From Pelagomonas calceolata (taxonomy: Eukaryota), in NCBI GenBank assembly GCA_918797485.1, contig CAKKNE010000005.1, forward strand, positions 3,720,001 to 3,784,000: 64,000 nucleotides of DNA. Direction: 5' to 3'. The position numbers and the translations under genes were made by a program. Of the stretch, positions 11,044-22,015 are shown in pieces (position 1 is the stretch's first letter; each line of letters begins with the position of its first letter). The notes beneath the pieces were generated by a model that was not told the DNA's origin, ran no database searches, and saw nothing but the letters and a program-made list of their open reading frames with translations.

Positions 11044-11379
11044 TCACGGCGGCGGGATCGGCTTGCCCTCGACGATGAGGGGCTCCTGCTCGTTCCTGCG
11101 GTTGTTGTTCCCGGCCGTGTAAATGCGGTCGCCGCACTGGCAGTAGAGGGCGCATAAGAGCGCCAGCATGACCTGCGTGCGGGATGACCCATTGGCGTTG
11201 ATCTCCGCGTCACTGGGAACCATTTCTGCACGGGTGGCGACGGTGCCCACGACGACAATAATTGTGATCCACATCTGGGTCTTTCCTTTCTTCTTCGCGA
11301 AGGTGCGTTTCGCCGCGAGGCTTTCCGTCGCGAGCAGGGCCGTCGAGAGCAACGCCAACAAATTTCCGAGGCGTGCCAT
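11044..11379 (-). CDS. Small single-pass membrane protein (about 88 aa; probable in-frame intron 11173-11241)
   Basis: Signal peptide MARLGNLLALL, basic stretch; TM WITIIVVVGT|VMLALLCALYC restored by splicing; resembles the divergent neighbour. Confidence 0.6.
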   Translation of the reverse strand: MARLGNLLALLSTALLATESLAAKRTFAKKKGKTQMWITIIVVVGTVATRAEMVPSDAEINANGSSRTQVMLALLCALYCQCGDRIYTAGNNNRRNEQEPLIVEGKPIPPP

Positions 11380-11842
11380 CGCTACTGCCGCGTGAGAGAG
11401 TGTCGTTGCCGTCGCGCGCGGACGTGGTCAGCCCTGCTTTTTTGGCCTGTTTTAGGATGCTCAGTTTTTGAGGGCCCTGGCGACCGATTTCTCAGGGTCG
11501 TTGTGGAGCTCGACGCAGCGAACGTCTAAGGCTTATAAGACGGGCCCGGTCGTACCGCGCGCTACGCGGCGGACGGTGGCTCACAAGTCTTGCTTGTAAC
11601 CCCCGGGTTTTTCACGCAATTTTTTGGCCGCTCTTCGACGACGAACGCGTGCGTTCACGCTAATCGACGCGCGTGCGCAAAGGCCTTGAGACGTCTCGTC
11701 GTATAAATAACTCACAAAGTGGTCAAAAGCGGATTGATCTCGACCTCTGAGACCACTGCCTTTATATCAGACTCTAGAGCCAGAGCTGCGGCTCGCGGGT
11801 ACGACGAGCACGCCAAAGCAAGCTGTCAATTCTCTACAAACG

Positions 11843-12201
11843 ATGGCGCGACTCGGCAACGCGTTCGCGGTCCTCGCGCTCGCGACGACGACACTCGCGG
11901 GTCCGACCCAGTGTGCACACAAAACGCCATCGACGCGACGTGCGCACAGGTCCGAACCGCAAGAAGGGCCGCCACAAGAACCAATGCCTCCACAGATTAG
12001 ACTGCTGGCTCACGATTCTGCTTGTGCTGGGTATGAAACCGCGTCTGCTCGATTGGCGCGCGACTCACCCGTTGACACGCAGGTGCCATCGTCCTCGCGG
12101 CGGCCTACTACGCCTACTGCGTCTACGGGAAAAGCAGCACAAGAACCAACAAGGAGACCGAGCCATTAATGCCCGTCGCGACGGCGACGCCGATGACCTA
12201 G
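11843..12201 (+). CDS. Small single-pass membrane protein (85 aa; introns 11901-11949, 12031-12082)
   Basis: Spliced: MARLGNAFAVLALATTTLAGPNRKKGRHKNQCLHRLDCWLTILLVLGAIVLAAAYYAYCVYGKSSTRTNKETEPLMPVATATPMT; 258 nt. Confidence 0.65.
11901..11949 (+). mobile_element. 49-bp minimal TSD/TIR introner
   Basis: GTCCGACC vs exon GTCCGAAC (7/8); TIR CAGTGTGCAC/GTGCGCACAG; core ACGCCATCGACGCGAC. Confidence 0.8.
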
Positions 12202-12202
12202 G

Positions 12203-13053
12203 TCATAAACTTACACTGTCTATCTCGGAGGCCTCGTCGAACCCGTAGTTCTCCATGAGATAGGCCGACCGCTCCTCCTGCGGGAGGCCGTGGATGTAGT
12301 CGATCGTCAGCTCGTCGCCCTCCTTAACAGGTCGCGCCGCCCGGAAGACGACATCATCATCACCATAGTCGACCAGTAAATTGGGCTCCCAGTGGTGGTT
12401 CAGGAAGGACGGCAGCGCGTACAGCGCGACCGTGTCACCCTCGGCGTCCGCCCTCAACGAGTTCAAGTGAATCCGCGACGCGACGCCGGCGTACCACTCG
12501 TCCGTGAGGAACGCGTAGCGGTCGCCGTCGTCTCCACCCAGGGCGCGCTTCACGGCCGCACAGTCCTCGACCCACCTGTGCGAAATCAATCAGTAAGTTC
12601 GGCGCACTGGCGTCGCGTCGATAGCGTGGAGACGCGCGGCGAGCAATTTGATTTATGCACTGCGACCTACGGTGCCGGCGTCGGCCCCGTCATCTTGGCC
12701 GAGCACAGCGCGGCGACGGCCAGGACGTAGGGCGACGCCTCGGGCTCGTGGGCCACGCGGCTCGCGATCTGCGCGACCAGGAGCGGGTGCCGCCGGCCGT
12801 CGGCGCCCTCGAGCTTGCCGCGCGCCTTGCGCCAGGCGCGCTCGTAGCCCGCAAATTCACCGTGTCCCGCGAAGGCGTTGACAGCGCGCTTCGACGAGTG
12901 CGCCAGCGGCTCGCCCGCGGGGACGACGGCCGCGCCAGCGCGGTGCGCGCGCGTCGCGACGATGCCGCGGCCTTTTGTCGCAGTCTGCACGACCTCTACG
13001 CCGAGCGCTGCGGTTCGCAGCAGCTTGTTTAGCTTGTCAAGGGGCAATGCCAT
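12203..13053 (-). CDS. SET-domain protein lysine methyltransferase (SMYD-like), 251 aa; intron 12576-12670
   Basis: KGRGIVATR, LYALPSFLNHHWEPN, FRAARPVKEGDELTIDY. Confidence 0.88.
12576..12670 (-). mobile_element. TSD-bearing introner intron (95 bp)
   Basis: GTAGGTCG vs exon GTGGGTCG (7/8); CAGTGCATAAATCAA..TTGATTTCGCACAG. Confidence 0.9.
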
Positions 13054-13215
13054 TGCTTTGTGCAGGCACTGATTTTGGTGCTGCTGCTGCTGCTCGCTAG
13101 GCCTCTAATTTGACACGCGACGCGAATCACACGTTGGCAGGGATGGTCGAGCACTGCGCGCACGATCTCCAATCCCTTCTTGGTGCACGTTTGGCCCGCT
13201 GCGTTTTTTTCGAAG

Positions 13216-13238
13216 CTAGCGTCCGGTAACACACTAGC
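13216..13238 (+). promoter_or_regulatory. Bipartite CTAG promoter motif
   Basis: ctagcgtccggtaacacactagc. Confidence 0.55.
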
Positions 13239-13434
13239 CAAAAGCTGCGGTCACCGCAATAGTACCTTGCGCGGCACTACGAGTCAGATGCTGTCTGGAA
13301 AGACGCTTAAGCAGACCATAACAACCTGCGCTGCGAGTGCTCGGCACAGGACGCTGCGGTATCCCCTCTGCTGAAAAGGCTCAGTTGCCTTGACTTAGGC
13401 CACCTGGCCGCGCGACCGGCGCCCGATAGAAATC

Positions 13435-15201
13435 ATGGCGTCATCCTACGAGGAAGTCACAAGAATCCTAGAACAGTGTCGCATCTCCCACTTCCGCCAG
13501 GCCTTCCTCGATAATGAATGTGACGACTCGTTCCTCGATATCGTCGAGGACGGCGACCTCCGCGAGCTCGGCCTGCCGCTCGGGCCGCGCGTGCGCCTCC
13601 TCAAGGCCGTCGCGGATAGAAACGCGGCGCGGGCCGCGCGCGCGCCGGCGGCGGCGGTGACGCCGACGCGCACCTTCGCGCCTCCGCCTCCGCCGCCGCC
13701 GCAAGGCTCGGCGCACGTCGCCGTCCCGCCGCCACCGCCCGCGGCCCCGGCCTCGCCGCGGAACGAGGACAACCTGTGCGAGCTCTGCGCCGACCGCGAG
13801 GTCGACTGCGCGATCGCCGGCTGCGAGCACAAATTCTGCCGCGTCTGCGTCGACCTCTGGCGGCGCGAGAGCGTTAGGAAAGCCCAACAAAACACCATGT
13901 GCCCGAACTGCCGCGCGCCCTTCACCGAGGTCGTGGACATCGGGACGGGCCGCCGCGCCGCCGCCGCCGCCGCGCCGCCGCGGCCGGCGTGGGGCGCCGC
14001 GCCGCCGCCGCCGCCGGTTTCACTTGCGGCGACCGCCGCGGAGGAGGAGGCGCGGCGACGACGCGAGGCCGAGGCGCGCGAGGCCGCCGAGCGCGAACGC
14101 GCCGCCGCCGCGGCGCGCGCGCGCGAACAGGAGCGCGTGGCGGGCGAGAACGCGGCCGCGGTCGCGACCATATACGCGGCGAACGACGCCCCTCAGTGGG
14201 CGCTGCGCGCGGGCACCGGCAAATCTGCTGCCGAGGTCCGTGCCGAGGCTTTGGAGCGCGCAAGAGCGGCGATGTGGGGCGCCGGGGCGACACCGCTCGC
14301 TGTGGAAGCCTACGTCGAGGCCTACGCCGCGGCCGCGACGGGCGCGTTCGTCGACGCCGAGGCGCGCGCGCTGGCGAAGGATCGCGACGACGCGGCGGCG
14401 GCCGTCATCTCGGCCTTCATCGGCGAGGTCGTCGCGGCGACGCGCCGCGACGCCGCCAGCGCCGCGCTCACCGAGGTCGCCGCGTCATCAAGAATGTTGG
14501 AGGTGATCGAAAGCCGCATTCTGCAGCTCGTCGACGAGAATGGCGGCGAGTTCACGGCCTCAGCTCTGCCGTTGCTCTACACGAAGCGCTACGGACTGAA
14601 GCTCGACTGGAAGGCCCTGGGGTTCGAACGACTTGGACATCTCATTCAGAGCTTGCGTAGCGTAGTAGTGGCACCTTTACAGGGACCCCAAACAAACCGC
14701 AAACTCCGCCGCGTGCCGCGGATCCTGCAGCGGCCGGCCGCGGCGCCGGCGCCGGCCGCCCTCTCAGGAGACGCCGGCGAGTTCCAGCCGTCGGCGCCGG
14801 CGCCGGCGCCGGCCGCGGCGCCGCGGCGCCTCTCGAGCGACGCCGGTGAGTTCCGGCCCGCGTCGCCGGCGCCGGCGCCTATGTATGCTCAGCCGCCGAT
14901 TCCGCCGCCGCCGCAAGGATTCGTGCCCGTCTTCGCGCCGCCGCCTCCACTGTTCGTCCCAGGTGTGCCGGTGATGCTCCCGCCAGGATTCGTGCCGCCG
15001 GGAGCGCCTCCGCCGCCTATCATGATAGGCTCGCACTCGCCTCTGATCAACCCGCTCATGCCCGGAGCGCCCCCACTGCCTGGTGGCATGTACTATGGAA
15101 CACACCAGCCGCCGCCACCGGTGGCGGCGGCGTCGGCGCCCGCGCCCGCGGACGCGATAGCGCCGCAAGCCGCTTTGGATGCGGCACGGAACGCGCCCTA
15201 G
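13435..15201 (+). CDS. SAM + RING + LOTUS/OST-HTH protein with PAM2-like motifs and Pro-rich tail
   Basis: SAM (..DLRELGLPLGPRVRLLKAV), C3HC4 RING (CELC..CEHKFCRVC..CPNCR), LOTUS (LPLLYTKRYGLKLDWKALGFERLGHLI), LSGDAGEFQP and LSSDAGEFRP. Confidence 0.8.
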   Translation: MASSYEEVTRILEQCRISHFRQAFLDNECDDSFLDIVEDGDLRELGLPLGPRVRLLKAVADRNAARAARAPAAAVTPTRTFAPPPPPPPQGSAHVAVPPPPPAAPASPRNEDNLCELCADREVDCAIAGCEHKFCRVCVDLWRRESVRKAQQNTMCPNCRAPFTEVVDIGTGRRAAAAAAPPRPAWGAAPPPPPVSLAATAAEEEARRRREAEAREAAERERAAAAARAREQERVAGENAAAVATIYAANDAPQWALRAGTGKSAAEVRAEALERARAAMWGAGATPLAVEAYVEAYAAAATGAFVDAEARALAKDRDDAAAAVISAFIGEVVAATRRDAASAALTEVAASSRMLEVIESRILQLVDENGGEFTASALPLLYTKRYGLKLDWKALGFERLGHLIQSLRSVVVAPLQGPQTNRKLRRVPRILQRPAAAPAPAALSGDAGEFQPSAPAPAPAAAPRRLSSDAGEFRPASPAPAPMYAQPPIPPPPQGFVPVFAPPPPLFVPGVPVMLPPGFVPPGAPPPPIMIGSHSPLINPLMPGAPPLPGGMYYGTHQPPPPVAAASAPAPADAIAPQAALDAARNAP

Positions 15202-15244
15202 GGGTGATGTAGTAAGTGAAACTGTCAGAAACCACAAATAAAAA

Positions 15245-17155
15245 TTAAAACGCGAACTCCATCGCCGCCGCCAGCAACGTTGCCACGGCCCGCCCCGCGG
15301 CCGTACCGGCCATGTCATCGACGTAATCATGAGAGACGACCTCGACGCCGCCCCGCGTGGACCGCATCAAAACGCCATGTTCCGCGTCACCGAGAGACGC
15401 CTCCGCCGCGCCGTCGACGACCTTGACCTCGGCCGCCAGTTTAGTGGCCGCGAGCGAGCCGCAGGCCGCGGCCTCGACGCGCGCCTGGAGGGCGACGGCC
15501 CGCGGCGCGTCGGCCGGTTTCGGCGCGCCCCGTAAGACGCCGGCGCGGTCCCGTAACACGCCGGCGGCCTTGCCAGCCCCGTCCATTTCAATGGAGACGG
15601 CGTCCACGGACACGCGCGCCCGCTGGACGACGCCGCCGTTCAACAGCGCCCGTTCCGCGCCGACGCCGCGCAGCGTCGCGAGACGGAGACCATCCAAAGT
15701 GATACCGAGCGACGCCGCCCGGCCCTGGAGCACGTCCTCCGTCACGATCATAGTCGCATCGCACGCCGAGAGAGCCAGCCCAAACACATCGGGCACCAAC
15801 AAAGATTTGAGAGACGCCGTCACCCTCAGATTCGGGAGCGACGGTACTGTATATAAAGTACCTTGCGCTGCCTCTATTCTAATTTCGCCGGGCGCGCCCG
15901 TCCGCGCGACGACCGGCGCATCCTCGGAACCGATCAGCTCAATGGCCCCGCGCAAGGCTTTTAAGGCGAGCGTCGCGACGGGGTCTGAGGTCATTGACTG
16001 TCGTGCCACGGTGGCCACGACTTTTTCAGAAGCACCTAGGCTGGAGGAGAGCGCTTCTATTCGTAAAGTGCATGTATACGAGGGCGCCTTCGTCGCTGCG
16101 CCGCCCCACAGCGCGCCGAGGACGGCGTAACATAAACCAGCATCGGACAAGGACCCGTCGACCTTGACGTCAATACGTAAAGCAGGCCCCCCGTCCAGCA
16201 CGGGCTTCTTGATAAAATTCGGGTGGCGCCAGCCCGGCGGCTCGCGCGGCGACCGCGCGCACGCATCATCATACCCGTCGGAGTCGTTCAGAGACGAGCT
16301 GCCTCGCTCGCAAGCCAGGGCCCAGCCCTCCCGCGTCAGCCAGGAGATTCTCATCGTCGAGGCGGCTGGTGCGTCGTCGGCGCCCCACCGGAGCGCGGGA
16401 GCTTGAATATCACAACGCCAGCGCGGCCAGACGTCGTCATCCACTAAATGGAGATGGATCCCCGCCTCTCCCAGCACATCGATCCCCAAGACTCGTACCA
16501 CAAATCTAGAACACTTGAACGCGCAAAACAAGCCCTCCTCGCCCACCTTCTTTAAATAAGGCGCGGCTTCCTCGATTAACGCATACAACGGCGTGTCCAT
16601 AATAAGACCGGTGTCGCCGCCTACCACCTCCACCTCGGCCTTGGCTAATTTTCGGGTAGTACTGTCGCAGCGCCTCTCACCGATTGCTACACGGGTTGCG
16701 AGCGTCGCGGAGACGCCCCGCGCCTCGCCCACGTGGTCGTTGTGGAACGACGCCACGGCGACGTCCCAGTTGGCGGTTGAATCTGTTGTATTTGTGGTGA
16801 TCGCTGCGTTTCTCACTCTAAGTTTGGCGCCGCCGCAGCGCAGCTCGAGGATGGCTGCCTGCAGGCTGACGGCCGGCCCGCGCCAGCCGTCCGTCATCAC
16901 GGCGCCGATGGATCTCCAGGGCGCCGCGATTAAGATAGTGCCTTGCGTCTCTATTGCTACGCCTTGTGACACGTCCACGGTGCACTCGGCGGCGGAGAGC
17001 GCGCCGTGCTCGTTCGTTAATTTCAAGTCTGTCGCTTTGATGCGGCAGCTTTCAGCGTCCCACTTCTCGATTTGTAGTTTTGATGCATCTATGTCCATGT
17101 CTTGGCAGTAGTACCGCGCCGCTAAGCGGAGGAGCTGGTCCTGGAGCCACTCCAT
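15245..17155 (-). CDS. Uncharacterised beta-rich protein, 636 aa; N-terminus weakly Chorein-N-like
   Basis: Long intronless ORF that fits the local gene arrangement; family assignment tentative. Confidence 0.55.
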   Translation of the reverse strand: MEWLQDQLLRLAARYYCQDMDIDASKLQIEKWDAESCRIKATDLKLTNEHGALSAAECTVDVSQGVAIETQGTILIAAPWRSIGAVMTDGWRGPAVSLQAAILELRCGGAKLRVRNAAITTNTTDSTANWDVAVASFHNDHVGEARGVSATLATRVAIGERRCDSTTRKLAKAEVEVVGGDTGLIMDTPLYALIEEAAPYLKKVGEEGLFCAFKCSRFVVRVLGIDVLGEAGIHLHLVDDDVWPRWRCDIQAPALRWGADDAPAASTMRISWLTREGWALACERGSSSLNDSDGYDDACARSPREPPGWRHPNFIKKPVLDGGPALRIDVKVDGSLSDAGLCYAVLGALWGGAATKAPSYTCTLRIEALSSSLGASEKVVATVARQSMTSDPVATLALKALRGAIELIGSEDAPVVARTGAPGEIRIEAAQGTLYTVPSLPNLRVTASLKSLLVPDVFGLALSACDATMIVTEDVLQGRAASLGITLDGLRLATLRGVGAERALLNGGVVQRARVSVDAVSIEMDGAGKAAGVLRDRAGVLRGAPKPADAPRAVALQARVEAAACGSLAATKLAAEVKVVDGAAEASLGDAEHGVLMRSTRGGVEVVSHDYVDDMAGTAAGRAVATLLAAAMEFAF

Positions 17156-17704
17156 TATCTTGCTGCAGCGATGGTTGCAGTGATGTGAGTTATGCGTCAA
17201 CAGCCGCCTCTCCGGCACAAGTGAGCAGTCACGCGCTAAAAAGTGGCGCAGAAAAGGCTAGATCAAAGACTTACTAGTGCGGCTCTGTGCCGACGAAGCC
17301 TCGGCGGACGCCGTTGCCGCCCCGCAGGAGTCCTCCCTGCTCCATTTTCGCGTCGGGGCAGCGACAGAGCCACGCAAGCTACTAGGAAATAACCGCCGGC
17401 CCCGGCCCGGTTGTGTTGCGCCGCTAAGCTTGCCAGCCCCGGGAAACGGGCCGTTGGCGCGGCGGCAGGCCCGCCAAACACCGTTGTGGACATCGGCCCC
17501 AGCAGCGCCGACGGTTGGGCAGCGATCCGGCAGCCTGCAGGCCCCGCAGCGGCCTCAGACAGGGCAGCTTCGTCCACCGCACAAACGGCAGCTACAAGGC
17601 TCGGCGGGCGACGCGCCGGGCCGCAGGACTCACCCTTTACTAAGCCGCAGCCCAGGCCTCAACCAGCAAGCCCAGCCCCGCGGCCGCCGCATCATACCGA
17701 CAAG

Positions 17705-20700
17705 ATGGAAAACGTACCTATTTTATACATCAACCTCGACCGCTCGAAGGAGCGCAAGGTCCGCATGGAGGAGCAGTTCAAGCAGTTTAATATAAAGAAC
17801 TACAAGCGCGTGCCGGCCTTCGATGGGAGAAAGTTATTTTCCGACTCGTCCCTTCGCTCAAAGACGGTAGAGCTCCCGAAGGACATGAAGCAGTCCTCCG
17901 GGGAAATAGGGTGTTCTCTCTCTCATTTACGAGCGGCGGAGATGGCGCTGGAGATCGACGCGCCTTACGTTTTGGTCATGGAGGACGACATTCATTTAAC
18001 TTTTTATGAAAGGCGCGCAGCTCGGCGTTTTGAGGTGTTGCGGTGCCTTCACGCCATCGACGCGCTTCGTGTCCATCAGACGAGGTCGTGGCTGGTCTTT
18101 TTTTCGAATTTGGGGCCAATCGTGACGCTCCGCGCAGGTGGAAGACGAGTATCGACGAGATCGTGTCGCAAGCGCCGAAGGACTGGCAGGTCCTGCAGCT
18201 CACGATAAATAACGTGCGCGTCTTGAGAACGTTGATGGGTTTAGGAACAGCCTTTGTCCCTTGGCGGAAAAACCACTGGTCCACGGGAGCGTACCTGATC
18301 AACCGGCGAGGCTGTCGACGGACCGTCGAGGAGTTCTGCGCCCCCAAAGGGTCCAAAGCCCACTACAAACTCCCGGGCGGCGTCCAATTGGTGAGTGACG
18401 TGCTCATGTACAACGGCCCGGGCGCCTACACGTATACGCGACCGCTCTTAGACCACGAGATCAAGGAGTCGACGATCCACCAGGGCCACGTCGAGTCGTG
18501 CCACCGGCAGGCCGCGGAGTTGTCGGCAGCTTTCTACGAGCGCATGGACGTCGTCTGGGCGGGCGGTGCGATCTCCGCGTTTTGAGGTGTTGCGGCGCCT
18601 TCACGCCATCGACGCGACTCGTGGCCATCTCACGATGCCATGGGTTCATTTTTGAGGCCGTTCGGACCGATTTGACAGAAATGCTCCGCGCAGGCGACGA
18701 CGCGCGCGCCTCGATCAGCACTGTGCTGTCCGGTGACTACGCATCACCCGAAGCGTTGGAGCGACTGGCGTGGTGGCTCGCCTTCCACCTACGACTTGGA
18801 GTGAGGTGGTGCTTCCTTTATGTTAGTGACGCGAAAACGAAGACACACGTCGAAGAGAAAGTGTCGTGGATCGGTTCCGCCGTTTCCGTCCTCGTGCAGC
18901 CGTCGAAGGACGAGTCCGTGTGTGCGCGCGATGCCACAGCGAGAGCTCGCCTGGCCGGGGCGTCGTGGCTGTTACGTTTAGCCGAACACGAGCTACTCTA
19001 TGTCCTACCCGGCAGAAGTCTCCGCAGTGTGTTCGACGAGGCCAAGCGACGGCCCCACGACCAGCGGGGCCGGGGGAACGATGCCTCGACGATTTTTAAT
19101 GTGCGGTTCGACAGTCTAGAGGTCCAGCGGAAAGCGACGAAGACCGACAAAGATGCGCTCGACAGCACGTACAATTTTTTTGAGAAGGAGACGCTGTTCA
19201 AACGTCGAATGAACCACGTCGACGGGCGGCCTTGTTCTTCATCAGATGATAGAGCGTTTTACGATATGAGCCCAGAAGCAGCTCGACTGAGACGCTTGCC
19301 TTCCCAATCGGAGGATGCGAGCAACCTCGCTTCAGCATCAGGACGGTCTGCCGGCCGCTTGGCGGAGCCCGGCCTCGCGCCCCACAACTCTGCGACTTGG
19401 AGGTGCAACCGCGGCGACTCAACACAAGGTGAGGTCGTCTCGACGCGAGCGTTCGTGCTGACCTTCCCCTACTGCCACTTCGACGACTGGCGTTCTAAGT
19501 TCCAGACCACCTCCCCGACGTCCACCACAAACTTGGAATTTAACGAAACGAGTGACGACACTCCGTTCGAAAAAGCGTCGAGAAAAGCGGTACAAGATCA
19601 GAAGAAGGCCCAGAAGGTCTACGCGGACCACGTGTTGCTCCCACAAAAGTCGGCCGAGGACTACGACGCCTCCGACTCGGCGCAGCACGCGCCGCAAGTC
19701 TTCGTGAGTCTCCCGCCGGGCTGCGTGCGCGCGGACTGCGGCGGTGCGTATGTACGTCTTAAGAGAGATAATGGCGTCGGCCACGTGCCTCGCGACGGTT
19801 CCGCGCTATATCAGCAGCAGGGCGGGGCGCACCACTTGTACAGAATTGCGAAACCGTTTGTCGCGTGGATGGCGCGATCTCCGCGTCCCTTGAGGTGTCT
19901 TCACTTTGTTGATGTGACTCGTGGCCATCTCACTTGCGTGAGAGTGGTTTCTTTTTTGATTCTGAGCCCGTTCGCAGGTCGGCCGGACGCCTTATAGCAG
20001 TACGGCGGCGCTGGTGGCCCATGATCTGGCGTTGCGGCCCCAGGACGTGCGGGCGCCTTGGTCGGCGTTCGACGGGCGGCGGTGGGCGACCGTGCCGGCG
20101 GCTCATGTGAGATTAGAGTCTCGCGTCGTCGGCCAGAGGCGCTTCGCGTGCATCCGAGCCGCGTCCGTCGTCGAGACCCACGTCGATACTTTAAGGGCGC
20201 TCATGTTGGCACCGCCCCGACGGCAGCACGGCAGTTTTGATAGGCGGAAGCACACGCCATCCTTCACGTCTTGTACTCCAGCCGAGGCGGCCAAAGCGGG
20301 ATCCCAAGAAGCCTGGGTCGCCTCCACCAGAGACGGTTCACCTTTGGGGCAATTTATGACGGCCGAGCAGGCGGAACAAGCTGTGGTCTCTGCGAATAAG
20401 AGGAAACAGCGCGAATCGTACCTGAGAGAAGTCCGAGACAGTGGCGCCGTCGTCGTCGACTTGCCGGCGACCTGCGGCGCCGCGGCCGACGCCTGCGCCG
20501 GGGTGTATGTCCCCCACGACACGGCCAAAAAAGGCTTGCCCAAGAACAGCCGCGCCCGCACGTTCCGTCACGAGGAGGGCGTGCGATGCAGTGTCGATAC
20601 GCGGTCGCAGCGCACGTTTGAGAGATCGATCGAGGTCGTCGGTATCAGAGAAGGCTTTGACGGGTCTCTTTTTTGCTGAAGAGCCGTTTTATCGCGTTGT

Positions 20701-21991
20701 CTCATCACGTACCCACACACAGGCCCACTACCTCTACTTCTACGCGCCCTTTTCGGCCTGGATGATTGGGAGTAGACCGGGGAGTGGCTCTGCGGCATTG
20801 ATTGCGTACGACGGGGCGGAGAGGCCTGATTTGATAGCTAGAGATGCGCCGTGGCGGGTCTACGACGGCCGGGCGTGGCGGGAAGTCGCCGACGTGCGCA
20901 TTCGTGCTTTAGCTGATTCATCAGGCAAGTCGACGCCCGAGACGCAGCCCTGTGCGGCTACGCTGGAAGATTTGCCCGTGTACGCCTGGACGCCCAAAGG
21001 CTCTACAGCTACAAAGTCCTCCGAGGAGGCGTCGGCGCCCAACGACCCCACGGGGCCGCCGTCTTCGTCGAAGCCGTATTTAGTGTATTCCTGCTGCGGT
21101 GATAAAGCGGTATTGCCGTTGTGGCTGCGGAACGGTCCCCGGCAATTCGATCTCTGGGCAACTTATTACGGGGACAAAGACGACGTGCCCTGGAAGAACG
21201 ACGTCGATACGTTCCGACGAAGGAAGGGCGGCAAATTTGAAAACCTCCAGGCTTTGTGTCGCGAGCCGGGCGTCCAAGATCTCGTCGCGCGCTACGATGG
21301 CATTTTGGTGCTGGACGACGACGTCATCATCGACGCGCCGCGCATCGAGCTCCTGTTCAAGATCCGGAAGAGGTGCAACCTGACCGTGCTGCAGCCGGCC
21401 TTTGATCCTCGAGGCAAAGTCAGTCACGCGGTCACGTGCGTGCAGCCCGGCAATCAGCTACGATTAACGAACTTCGTGGAGATGACCTGTCCGCTGTTTG
21501 CTTCACAAGCTTTGTGTTCCTTCGTCGACCAGTTCGACGCGGACTTAAAAGGATGGGGCGCCGACTGGTGGTTTCTGACCGTTTGTAGTAGAGCGATGCG
21601 GGGCGATGCCAGCAAAAAAGATGTGAAGGAGCCGCATCCCCGCCATGCTCTGCGGGGCGGCTGTGCTGTGGTGGATGCGATTACGTGCATCAACCCGACG
21701 GACGCCGATAAGTCTGGAGTGCGGGAGATCAACGTGTTGCAGGGGCGGGAGGGTCGTAGAGACACCTGGGCTCGGATTCGGAGGCGAGAGCAGCTGGACG
21801 AGTGGGACCATTTGCAATTTGAGGTCATCGCCCTGGACAAGGACGGGGCGCCGGCGCCGGTCAGCGCGAAGCCGGCTTCTAGACCGGTCCGCATCGCCGG
21901 GACGCGCGCTTATGAGCTGAGTGCAGCGAAACCTAGAGCGCCGTCGCCCGAGGGGTCCCAGGACAGCGCGACGACGCCGAAGCGGAAGTAG
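17705..21991 (+). CDS. Multidomain glycosyltransferase, 1261 aa (GT25 + GT-A/GT92-like + 2 beta-repeats + DUF707-like); introns 18013-18137, 18566-18693, 19872-19977, 20581-20722
   Basis: YINLDRSKER..GEIGCSLSH..VMEDD; WLAFHLRLGV..FLY; RRKGGKF..LDDD..LQPA..TNFVEMTCPLF..GWGADW; spliced CDS 3786 nt. Confidence 0.8.
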
Positions 21992-22015
21992 TAGGCCTCT
22001 CCTTGACTAATATTC

